A stretch of DNA of 64,000 bases, taken from the NCBI RefSeq assembly GCF_011386835.1, contig NC_088805.1, forward strand, positions 27,962,001 through 28,026,000, written 5' to 3'. The notes under the pieces are model-generated. The model made no database searches. It saw only the letters and a list, made by a program, of their open reading frames with translations, and was not told where the DNA came from. The DNA comes from Chrysemys picta bellii. Taxonomy: Eukaryota. How positions within the stretch are numbered: position 1 is the first letter of the stretch; each line of letters starts with the position of its first letter. Position numbers and translations under genes: made by a program. Positions 24,156 through 34,848 of this stretch are shown here, in pieces.

Positions 24156-26928
24156 TTTGATAACTACTATTTCTCCTGTCTATGCTGCCCTCTTGGTATT
24201 CTTGCAAATAGATCTGTTCCCCCCCCCCCTTTTCTTTTTTGTCAAGCTGGATTGATGCCATAAAAATGAGTTAGTAGGAATCAACACAAACAAGAGGCCA
24301 TCTTTCTTTCAAAAGGGAAATAACTTAGTCTTGCTCATCTGATTTAAAGTATACATATATGTAAAGAGCATTTAGAGGTTGAAATGGATAGCACAAATGT
24401 GGAATCTTGTCTGTACAAGTAAAAAGTAGTGACAGGAATCGCAGGAGTAGAATGTGCTCCTAAATCAGATTTGTTCTGTGTGCCCACCAGGTTTGTAGCA
24501 GAACTAAGCCCTAAGAAAGTAGATAAACATTCTATTAGCATGGTAAGGATTATATTTAAGTCTGTCTCCTTAGATGTGACCATTCTTTGACTCTGTTTTT
24601 AATGCAGTTCAGTGGACTATGCTTAGCACTTGATGCAAAACCTCCCAGTGACTTCAGTGGGCTTTGGCTCAGGCCCTTGTTGCTTAATCTTACTTGTGTT
24701 CATTCACAGCGTCAATGCACACATGCTGGAATATAATGATCTTGAACTCACTTTTCTGTGCCACATAAGGGCTTGCAGACTTAGGCATTAGTGTGAATTT
24801 TGCCTGGTAATTTCTTAATGGGGCTCTTTCTAATAACTTCCTTAATTTCTTTACATTATAGGCGCAGCTGTATCCTTTGCTGGTTTTCCATTTTAAAACT
24901 CATTCTACAATGAGCAGCTTTTCTTGTTCCTTTCTGACATTTAATCTATAATTATCCCACACAAACACCTATTGATTTTAATGGGGCTACTTTGCTATTT
25001 ATAAAGTCAAGTGACTACATTTGTTCTTGGGAGTGACGTTGCTAGTCTTTAAGTAATGAACAATTTGAATGATCTGAAATCAAAGATAGGAGTGAAACTT
25101 TGTAAATTAGCTGGACAAACTTTTTACTAGTGGCTTCTAAAAGTTTTAAAATATTCTATTTAGTTTTTATTCAGTTATTGTCATGGGCATCAACAGATGA
25201 CACTGATCACTATTTTAGAAGGGTGTAGTATAAATACATTCTGAGGGAAAAATAATTTTCCCCTATGTCATAAATATTCTTAGTTATAGGGCACAACATG
25301 CCAAGTGTCACTGTATGACCAAATATCCACAGACTTCTGATTACATTAAAAAGAATAGGGACTGTGAAATAGATGTGTGTGTGTGTGGGGTAATTTCTTT
25401 AATTCAAATGACTTTTGTACTCACTTTAATTTTTCTAGCATTTTTGTACAGAAAGACATTTTAAGTGGCATAAAACGAGGCTTGAATGAGCTAGAAGCAG
25501 ATTTCGCTAACATGACATCAGCTCAGTGGACTGCCTTGTGACACAAACCAAGAGAGAAATCACTTGCGCACTAGGACCCTGATCCTGCAGACTTATGTAC
25601 ATGCTAAAGTTTGCGCACCGTGAATAGTCTCAGACTCCCTTTGAAGTCAGTGGGGCTATTCATAGTGTAAAACATCTAAGCCTTTGCAGGCCTGAGACCA
25701 CAATGTTGAGGTCAGTAAAACAACATCTGTGTTTTGTTGTAACACTGCAATTGGTGTAAACTTTGGTATCCAGAACCACACCATGTGGTTGCCCACATTT
25801 TACTGGTCATATGTATTTTTAACCATTCTGTAGGCTCATTTTCAACCCAGTAGTTTGCAGTTATTAAAATGTTTGTTAGAAGTTGGAAACGTGCCATGTA
25901 GGTCCTGGAAGTTAAGAGAGAGGTTTTGTTTTTCTTTCTAAAAATCATAGAATTATTTGAACAAACTCCCATAGACACTTGTCCTTTTTACACTTCTGTC
26001 TTCTGAAATAAAAGCATAAGAAATCAATTCAGCATGTTTGAGATTTAGGGTTGATTTATACTGACTTCAATGGAGCGATGCTGATTTACCAGGTACCGCT
26101 GTTTAGACTTACCACTATTTTAAGATGAACAGTTCTGACCCATAGAAATTACAGAAAATCCTAGCAGGTCATTTTATTCCCTCTCTCCCAGGAACAGGTT
26201 AGTTGCACAGGATATTTTTAGTGCTTTCTTATTCAGCATGGTCCCAGTAAAACTCTCCCCTTGCTGGTTTAAACTCTTCTAAATATGCTAATATCACGGT
26301 CTGATGGGAAAGGCTGGGAAACTTAACCCAAAACTGGCACCATCAGATAAAAATGTGGAAACAGAAAGAGAGGAGACACGTGGGTTATGCTGATTTGAGG
26401 GAAGCACGTCCAGGACTGAATAAGAGGATCAGAAATAAAAAGTTAAGCATCTCTCTGCCTTCACCTCCATAACAAGGCTGATTGAAGCAGACATGTCTGG
26501 ACTTGATTGCTCAGAGGCCAGCTCACACTCTAATGGTTCTGCACCACTTCTGGGTTTTCTCCCTCCCTTTCATCCACCACCCTCAACAAGCTGCTATTCT
26601 CAGGAGTGATGTCAAAAAGGAGAAGATTGATCAGAAGACAAAATTGCCAGCAATCTTTCTGATCCTTCAGGCATGGAGCAGAGTTGAGCCCAAAGATTGA
26701 GTCTGGAAGAGCCACTGGGGGTCAGCAAGGTGTTTTTTAATCATTTTTTGTTTTACATAAGAAAATAAGATTGTATTTAGCCAATAATAAAACAAAGACT
26801 TGCAAAGTTTGTGGAGCCAAAAGGAACTGACATTCTATTTGTTGAGCAGACGCCAGCTGCAGGGTACTTGGTGGTGACTGTTGCACATTCTGGACTAGTC
26901 TGTAGCCAGAGAAGATAGAGGGGAGCTG

Positions 26929-27063
26929 TCACTTAAGCACCAAAAAGTAAGTTGTCCAGCCAGCCAGGAGCAGTGCTCCAATCAGCACCGTGTAACTGAA
27001 CAGCACGAAGGCCAGGAGCTCCTTCAGCACTTTCAGGAAGTGGACAGCGAAGGACTCCTGCAT
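26929..27063 (-). CDS. Putative 44-aa transmembrane microprotein MQESFAVHFLKVLKELLAFVLFSYTVLIGALLLAGWTTYFLVLK
   Basis: ACCATG Kozak context; 33 of 44 codons end in G/C in an AT-rich neighbourhood; a long hydrophobic C-terminal segment; a strong acceptor tttatttctcttcctttcag 77 nt upstream; no upstream ATG in that exon; an in-frame upstream stop. Confidence 0.75.
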   Translation of the reverse strand: MQESFAVHFLKVLKELLAFVLFSYTVLIGALLLAGWTTYFLVLK

Positions 27064-28430
27064 GGTTCGTCCAAGCACCACAAGCCAGATGGGATTTCTG
27101 CGGTTGTCTCACACTCTGCTCCGCACTAAAGTATCCTGATCTGAAAGGAAGAGAAATAAAGGGGAGGATGAGCCATTCTGAGCAGGCAGTTGCAGAGCTG
27201 AGGGAGAGCCTGCTAATTGCATGTAGAAAAGTCTGGATTCAGGTAGCTTCTGGTGGTGGTGTATAAACAAAGTCTGTGGACACTATAGTTTGTCAGAAGC
27301 TTTTTAATTGCCAGGGGAGAGTGTAAGGCCGGGACAGTGGTTGTATATTTGGAAAGTCTTTTTCAGAGTTTTCAGGATGTGTAGTGCTGAAAGGAGCTGC
27401 AGGAGCTGATCACAAACCAGGTTAAGACAGGGGTGGGGTGAGAGAATGGAAGAACCAAGCAAGGTTAAAAATATATGTGGGTGGACTAGGGCAGGGGCAG
27501 GCAGTTGAGGTCCCAGTCAGTTCCAGGAATTATTCCCTTCTGTCAGTTGATATGTGGCTGGCGAGCTTTGTATTTAGAGCATTCGCCGATGGTGCATTAG
27601 TACCAACAAAAAGCTCTAATCAAAGTGGTCAATTTCTCCAGAGAAGCCACTGTTAATATTTAATGTTATAATTGCTTCTAATGGACAGACGGGCACAGAA
27701 CAGGCTTTTTGTTTCGGATCAGGGGAAGATTTGGGATTAAAGATAAATTTATTTATCTGAAAGCTTCATAACTCCTGTTAAAATAACCTTTTTTTAAAGG
27801 GGAAAGGATAAGATGTTTTAAACTTCTTTCCTCCCCAGTTAAATATATATTTGTGCATTGCCCAATCAGTTGCCACCAGTTAGTGAACTTTGTGTAAAAT
27901 CTCAACATAATTGCAATAGCTGTTTGCTACTTAGGCTTTTAAGATGTAAGGACAGATATGTAAGGAATCCTATTCCCATCTCCACTTGCATGTTCACTGA
28001 CCCTTCATCAGAAAATTACCAGAGCAAAAAGATTTGTACCTTTGTATGCATGACCAAAAGGAAAATGAAACTAGGTTTAGGATAATACTAACCAAAAAGG
28101 ATTATTTTTCTTCCAAATAGTATACCTCCAGTTGGAGCAAACTGAATTCCATCCTACCACTTAACGAAAGAGTGATTAATTAGAAACATGAAGTGAAATC
28201 TAAACAGCAGCTTTCAAATATATATATTTTGTTTTAAATTTTTTTTAAACTCCCCACACCCCACGCTATGGTCAGGTGTATTAATGTGTTATGGAAAATA
28301 CTGCAAATTAACAAAAATTCTGTTAGATGTAGTTTTTCAGAGTATGGAAGTTATTTACTAACCAACGTTTTACATCATTCTCATTATAGAACAAAACATA
28401 TGTTGACAAAGAGATACATAAATGGCTTAC

Positions 28431-28710
28431 CGTGGGATAGATGACTGGATTTACTTCTTAAAGTTTCTGTTTCTATCTGCTTTTGTTCTGCAGCTTTCTC
28501 TTGAATTTCTGGCTTCTAAAAGGTTGGTGCTGTAGTTTGATCCCCTTCTGGTCTGCTAATCCGAAGAGTCAGGAGTAATGAGGTTGTATTTACAGCCTGC
28601 ACCAGTACTAATGGACTAGGTGTGGTCAGAGACCAATTATTATATCTGACATAGACCCTTTGCTTTCTCTGTGCTGACAGCACAACAGTACAGAACAATC
28701 CAACCATTGG
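28431..28710 (-). promoter_or_regulatory. Candidate promoter and non-coding exon 1 of the microprotein gene
   Basis: On the minus strand: CCAAT (28706-28710), TATAATAA (about 28637-28644), an ATG-free stretch of about 180 nt, then donor ACG|gtaagc at 28431/28430. Confidence 0.35.
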
Positions 28711-30384
28711 TATTGCCATAAATCCTAGGGAGATTTTTGATGTGAACAATATATTGTATATTTTAAAATGCGTTAAACTCCCCGCCTCCCAGCTATGTCA
28801 TCTAACACTGCTTTTGTAAATGTCCTTATTTTTTCTACATCACATCTTAGGCTCATCTGCTTCCTCTTATTTCACCAGTTTCCCATGTTTTTGGAGACTT
28901 TATTGTGCATATTCTGCTTTTTGTATAATTTTCTGCTCTTAACAGCCCTGTTCTCACAGAGGGACCATTAAAGAAGGAGGAGGATGATACTGGAGTGGAA
29001 CTGGTGAATCTCTTAAGATCAATTGGACATGACCAGATGGATGCCTGTAGATCTAGTTAGGCCCTGTTATCAAAAGTGATGGATGAAGATCGGCTTATCT
29101 CTGCAATATCACCAGTCCAGTTCTGTACATACTGTATTTCACATATCCACACCACAGAATCTCTGCCTCTGAGAGAGAGACTGCTTGGTTTTTTAAATGA
29201 CAGAAAAAATGTCAAGATGTCAGTCTAGTCTCAGTGAATTGGTTACTAATAATCCTATTTAAAAGGTAAAGGTTGTTTGGGTTGGCTTTTAAACAACCAG
29301 ACATATATGCAGCTCAGAGCAGCAAGAGCATCTCCTGCAAAGCAAATCTCTTACCTACTGAGACATTATGCTCTAGCAAATGGCCTCTTAATTTAATCAG
29401 GATTTCTTGTTATCAAATTATTACCCCGTGGTCAGAAAGACCTTAGCTAGAAGGGAACATAAACAAGCTCAGGAAGCTTATTAAGAAGTAATTGCTCCCC
29501 GGGAGATGTGGTCAACTCCAGGCTTTGTTTCTTGTTGTTTCTAGGAAGAGACCCTGTAGCTGCTGGGTCTGTGTAACTGTCAGTCTAGCTGCTAGTTGTG
29601 ATGTCCCTTCAGAAATGCTATGCTGACACACAGTGCTCTTTCTGGCCAAAGTTGAAGTTCAATTTGATACGCAGGTTAAAAATATTTTCTTAGGAAACAA
29701 GTCCAGTTACTAACTAGTTAGTACAAATGAAAAAGGTAAATAATCTAGCACTTCTTGTTTAACTATTTATGCTATTACCTTTTACATTTCACTTGGCTTG
29801 GCTAGTAAAACCAGATTAGTCAGTTTTAGTCTTCTCTCTCCTCAGTTTTGTTCTCTCTGTCTCAGGCAGTATCAAAATGATGCAGTATTACAGGAGAAAA
29901 TGTATATCCAAATGAAAGAAAAGTCCATTTAAATAATAAAATGATGAAATTCTATTGAGGAACTGTCAATTTGATTTTTTTTAATCACTAAACCTAACCT
30001 CACTGTTGTCACTTTATACTCAAATATACTAGCAAAGATAAACTATAAATGTGTTTGTATATGGTTAAAAGTGTAAGGCAAAGAAGTTTGCAGTGGTGCA
30101 ATATGTAATTCTTTATGGCTTGATTTTCAAAGGTGCTGAGTATTGATTCCAATACTTTGGGAAATCAGCCCACTATTCTGTAATACGATATAAGGCATCA
30201 CTGTGACAGCTGCTTTATTATTGGGGAGCTCATGCATACCTGAGGTAAGAACAATCAAGTGATAAGTTTCCCGTTCAGGTTTTTTTACATACTTTAAAAA
30301 GTCAAATGTTCCTTGAAATTAAATACTTACCAAAGAAATAAAAATGTGAAATATGAGTATATTACTAGTATGGAAGAAAGCTAG

Positions 30385-31062
30385 GGGCAGGTCTACACTA
30401 CAGCCAGGATCAACGCTCTGAGATCGATCCATTGGCAGTCAATTCAGTGGGTCTAGTAAAGACCCACCAAATTGACTGCAGATCGCTTTCCAGTCGATCC
30501 TGTACTCTACCCCCCCAACGAGAAGAGTAAGGTAAGTAGACAGGAGATTTTCTCCCGTCTGCCCCCCGCGGTGTAGACCCCGTGGTAACTCGACCTAAGG
30601 TACGTCGACTCCAGCTACATTATTCACGCAACTGGAGTTGCATAGCGTAGGTTGACTTACTGCAGTAGTGTAGACATAGCCAAGATCTTGGCTAAGCAGT
30701 TTCACAGATTTTTCTCCCATCAACCACCGGGGTGTAGACCCCACCGTAACTCGACCTAAAGTACGTTGACTCCAGCTACGTTATTCACGTAGTTCGACTC
30801 ACTGTAGTAGTCGAGCTACATGAATATCATAGCTGGAGTCAATGTACCTTAGGTCGAGTTACCGTGGGGTCTACACCCTGGGGGGTTGACGGGAGAAAAA
30901 TCTCCCATTGGCTTACCTTACTCTTCTTGTCAGGCGTAGAGTACAGGCGTCGACTGGAAAGTGATCTTCAGTCGATTTGGTGGGTCTTTACTAGACCCAC
31001 TAACTCTACCACCGGTGGACTGATCTCAGAGCGTTGATCCCGGCTGTAGTGTAGACCTGCCC
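30385..31062. mobile_element. Fold-back composite of PIF/Harbinger-like non-autonomous elements
   Basis: Complete copy 30385-30681 (gggcaggtctacact...agtgtagacatagcc), direct partial copy at about 30706-30809, and inverted copy 30819-31062 ending agtgtagacctgccc. Confidence 0.8.
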
Positions 31063-32072
31063 TTAGTAAAGTCGTCTGTTTCTGCTTGAAGAATACATGC
31101 ACTAAAGGGAGGATTTGGTTAAATATTAGGGTTTGTTTCACAAATGTTCACTGAACAATTTAAAATAAGCAAATGTAGCAGAACATAGAATGTTCATCTA
31201 AAAGACAAGGCTTGTGATTAGATCCCAATTCAACAAGAAATTGAGACTATTTAAAGGATTAACAAGACTATAACTATGGGGTTGGAGACAGGTACGTGCC
31301 CCATGAAAGAGGGTGAATTCTAAAGCAGGAGACATTGTTAAGGCAAGAGTATCTTCTGAAAATGGCTCCCGTTTTTTGGTCATTTTAATAGTTTGGAATT
31401 TTCAGAAGAGTTAAGGGAGGTTGATTTTAAACATTCTTCTGATATTTATTTTACAAGGTTTATTTACCATCCCTCTCTTTCAAAAGGAAAGAGCTTCCCC
31501 TCTGTTGAACTGGACTACATCTTGGGCTTGAGCCTGCAAGGTGCCATGTCTAGCAAAGCACGCAGGCATGTACTTAACTTTAGGCAGAGGCTGTAGTACC
31601 CCTGAAATCAATGAGACTAAGTACATGTTTAAAGTTAAATCTGGGTTTAAGTGCTTTGCTGTGTCAGGCAAATGTGCTCAGCACATGGTGGGAATAAGCC
31701 TGTTCTAAAGTGCTGCATGTTTGGCCAGATTTCTGGGCCAAGCTATTAAAATCACTCCAAATCTGAATGAATTTCCAGTAAAATGCTCTGCTATTTTTCC
31801 AGTTAAAGCAGCAGCAAATGTAGTTGGGCACAAAGGGTATGATGGTGAGCTTGAAAGAAACACCTGGATATTCTTAAGAGAGAGACTGGTTTGAACTTGA
31901 CCTCCAGCTGCATTAGTAACACGGGAATACGGCTCATTATGAATTCAGGGACGCTAGGTGAATCACCGAGGAGAATTAATCCAGCTCCCCTAAACTCAGG
32001 GGGTGTCAAGCACCCTCTGCGCTTGAAATGGGGGCTGACGCTACTCAGCACTTCTCAAGTAGGATGCCTAGT

Positions 32073-33115
32073 GCAGTGTTTCTCACACGTGGCCACTATG
32101 GGCTTGGCTTGCGGCCACAGCCTCCTGGGCAGTGATGGGGGGGTGCAAAGCAGTGGTCCCTCCCACAGGGCCACGAGGTTGGACCCTGCTCCCCTCTGGA
32201 GAGACAAATGCTGGAGGAGCAGACAGCTAGTGGGTTCCCCACCTTCCTGGGGACCAGTGGTGGCCAACCTGCAGCCCGCAGGCTGCACATGGCCCCTCAG
32301 GATAATCCACTGGCAGGCCGCAAGACAGTTGGTTTACATTGACCGTCTGCAGGCACAGCTCCCAGTGGCCCTGGTCCTCCCTCAGACAATGCAGCCCTTT
32401 CACAGCTTTGAAACAGAGTAGCCAGCGCTGGCGATGATGCAGGAGGCAGAATGGAATCCAGCTCAGATGGTCTCGCGGCCAGTCCGCAGCTTACCCTGAT
32501 GGGCTATGTGCAGGCTGCAGGTTGCCCACCACTGCTGGGGACGGTAGGATCAAGGTCCAGCTGTGGGCAGCAGGCTCTGGCCATGGGGCTCCAACCCCCC
32601 TCTGCGGGGCTCGCCTTCCTAGTGCCCCTACCAGCCCATTATGTCCATCCCCCCTCCCTCCCCCATTCCAGCACTTGCCCCCTACTGACCTCCCCATCTA
32701 AGGCTTAATTTTTCCCCAGGCTTGCCAGGCCTGAGTAAGTCTGCTGCTGTGAAAAGTGATATCAGTATGTTTGTTAATAACACTTTTCACAGCAGCAGAC
32801 TTACTCGCTAGCAAGTCTTTAAAAACGCAAACAACAAAGCAAAAGAAACAACAAAAAAGCCCAGAACCCACACAGCACCTTCTTTGGGTTTCTATTTGGT
32901 TTAGGGCCAGTAAAGAATAGTGACAACTACATTATTTTTATTATTGAGGCTGCAAAAAGATTCAGTAAATTACAATGATTTGGATATGTGTATGTGCCTA
33001 TTTAGGAAAAATAAATAAGTTAATGAAATAGTTTAGGAAAAATTTGTCAGTGCGGCCACCAGCATGCGTTCGTAGCCTCCCTCTGAGGCCACCAAAAAAT
33101 GTATTGTGAGAACCC
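32073..33115 (+). mobile_element. hAT (Charlie-like) non-autonomous element
   Basis: Begins cagtgtttctc and ends tgagaacccc. The GC-rich left arm explains the spurious ORFs at 31891-32708. Confidence 0.55.
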
Positions 33116-33298
33116 CGGCCTCCTGCATTACAAGGGCTCTAAAGGAGCATGAGTTTGTCAGCTTCTTCTTGTTAATCAGTCCTTGGTGGTTAGGAGATAA
33201 CAAATGAGTATAGAAACACTAGCTGGCCTCTAACCTGTGCTGTTGTTTAAGCAGATACACAGTCCTATACAGTACAGAATCATTGCATACAACTGTGT

Positions 33299-33427
33299 AT
33301 GCAGCCGAAGAAGTGGGCTGTAGCCCACGAAAGCTTATGCTCTAATAAATTTGTTAGTCTCTAAGGTGCCACAAGTCCTCCTGTTCTTTTTGCGGATACA
33401 GACTAACACGGCTGCTACTCTGAAACC
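33299..33427 (+). mobile_element. 129-bp Penelope-like tail insertion consisting of the hammerhead-like motif and terminus
   Basis: Near-identical to 6356-6482. Flanked by tacaactgtgt (33288-33298) and tacaattgtgt (33428-33438). Confidence 0.85.
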
Positions 33428-33836
33428 TACAATTGTGTTGTATCTTTTTCTCTTTTACTGCTCACATGGGCTGGAGGCTTCCAGCAGCCCCTGTGTCATT
33501 ATTTACTATGGATTTACATACTTATTGCAGCTTACTGGCTGTGGGCATTGCAATAGCTCTTCAGGTAACAGGGAGCTTTCTAGAACCTTGTATGTAAGGA
33601 CAAACTAAAGGGAAAGAGGCTGTATTTGAGGAATGTAAGTGACTTCTACTGCTGAGGCTCTCCCTGTGTTTTTATTATTAGTTTACAAACCCAGCTGTTT
33701 TATTCTAGGAGGGCATTGATGACATAGCCAGAAAAAACAGATTCAGTGTGTACAGTGCAAGCTACTGCTACAATAGCTAGGCAAAGGGACCTGGGCAATG
33801 GAAGAAAGAAGCCAGAGACTATCATTCCCTCTAAAG

Positions 33837-34057
33837 CAGTGGCTCTCAAACTTTTTTTTAGTGGTGACCCCTTTCACATAGCAAGCCTCTGAGTGCGACC
33901 CCCCCCATATTAACTAAATCACTTTTTAATATATTTAACACTATTATAAATGCCAGAGGCAAAGCAGGGTTTGGGGAGAAGGTTGACACCTTGTGACCCC
34001 CCTGTCATAACCTCACACCCCCCTGAGGGGTCCCAGTCCCCAGTTTGAGAACCCCTG
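33837..34057 (+). mobile_element. hAT-type MITE
   Basis: Termini cagtggctctcaaact / agtttgagaacccctg. The flanks ctctaaag / tgataaag look like a decayed 8-bp TSD. Confidence 0.7.
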
Positions 34058-34459
34058 TGATAAAGGTGGATAGACAGCAAGTGAGTTTGCAATGGGAATA
34101 ATCTCCCCCCCCCCCCCATACAACCGAGCACAGCTGAACTACATTTAGTGCTGGGCCACTACCCTTGAACAGATACTGAAGAGAGGAAAGTAACAAATAT
34201 TGACAGGTGACTTACATCCATACCTGCTCACCAAAGCTAGAAGAAAGGGGTGAGAGTAGGAATAATAGCATGACATTAAGAAAGGGAGAACTAAAGGCAG
34301 CAAGAAAGATTATGGGATAGTCTCCGTTGGTTGAGGCTTTGGTGATTTAAAAGACACTAGAAAAATTGTCAGTGGGCCAGATCTGACAGCATAACAACAA
34401 GAGTCCCTTTTAAGTGCTATGATTTTCTAGTTCAGACAGCAACAGCTCTAATACTGGTT

Positions 34460-34465
34460 TTTATT
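34460..34465 (-). terminator. Candidate VPS33A polyadenylation signal
   Basis: AATAAA on the minus strand about 190 nt past the stop. Confidence 0.45.
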
Positions 34466-34654
34466 TCCTCATATTCCTCTCTGGCAGAGTCACGCGATTA
34501 TTAGGGAAGTTCCGTATGTAACAGAAATAGAACAGAGAGCAGAGTGCAGCCACTGCATGCACTGGTGCAAATGTGATTTCATGTTCTCCAGCTGTAGTCG
34601 TTTCTGAAGGCCCAATGCCGGCCTTAAGCATTTGATTGGATCTTTACATAGCTT

Positions 34655-34848
34655 CTAAAAAGGTGGGGGCTCCAGTTTCTCCATCAGGGATTTGATCCAG
34701 TTTGTGCCATTGATTAGTTTAGTGGTGGCAATGACATATTCTGTGCCTCCGTCTTCCATCTGAGAAAGAAACCTCAGTGCAGCAATTTCAGCGTACGTCA
34801 CGCCTCCCAGAAAGAACACCAAAGTTACTCTGTTTTCTCCCTGTTGAC
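34655..34848 (-). CDS. VPS33A: VPS33A exon 13 ([28 protein letters not shown]...MEKLEPPPF*)
   Basis: Acceptor tgttcag; TAG at 34655-34657. Confidence 0.95.

Noticed and set aside
28516-28749. 77-aa minus-strand ORF with a hydrophobic N-terminus
   Set aside because: It has a TTG start, no coding-like codon bias and no recognisable homology. It overlaps the candidate promoter, so it is more likely chance or at most a uORF.
28960-29060. Plus-strand exon-like stretch after a good acceptor (GPLKKEEDDTGVELVNLLRSIGHDQMDACRSS*)
   Set aside because: I found no linked upstream exon or start and no recognisable homology, so it cannot be supported without RNA data.
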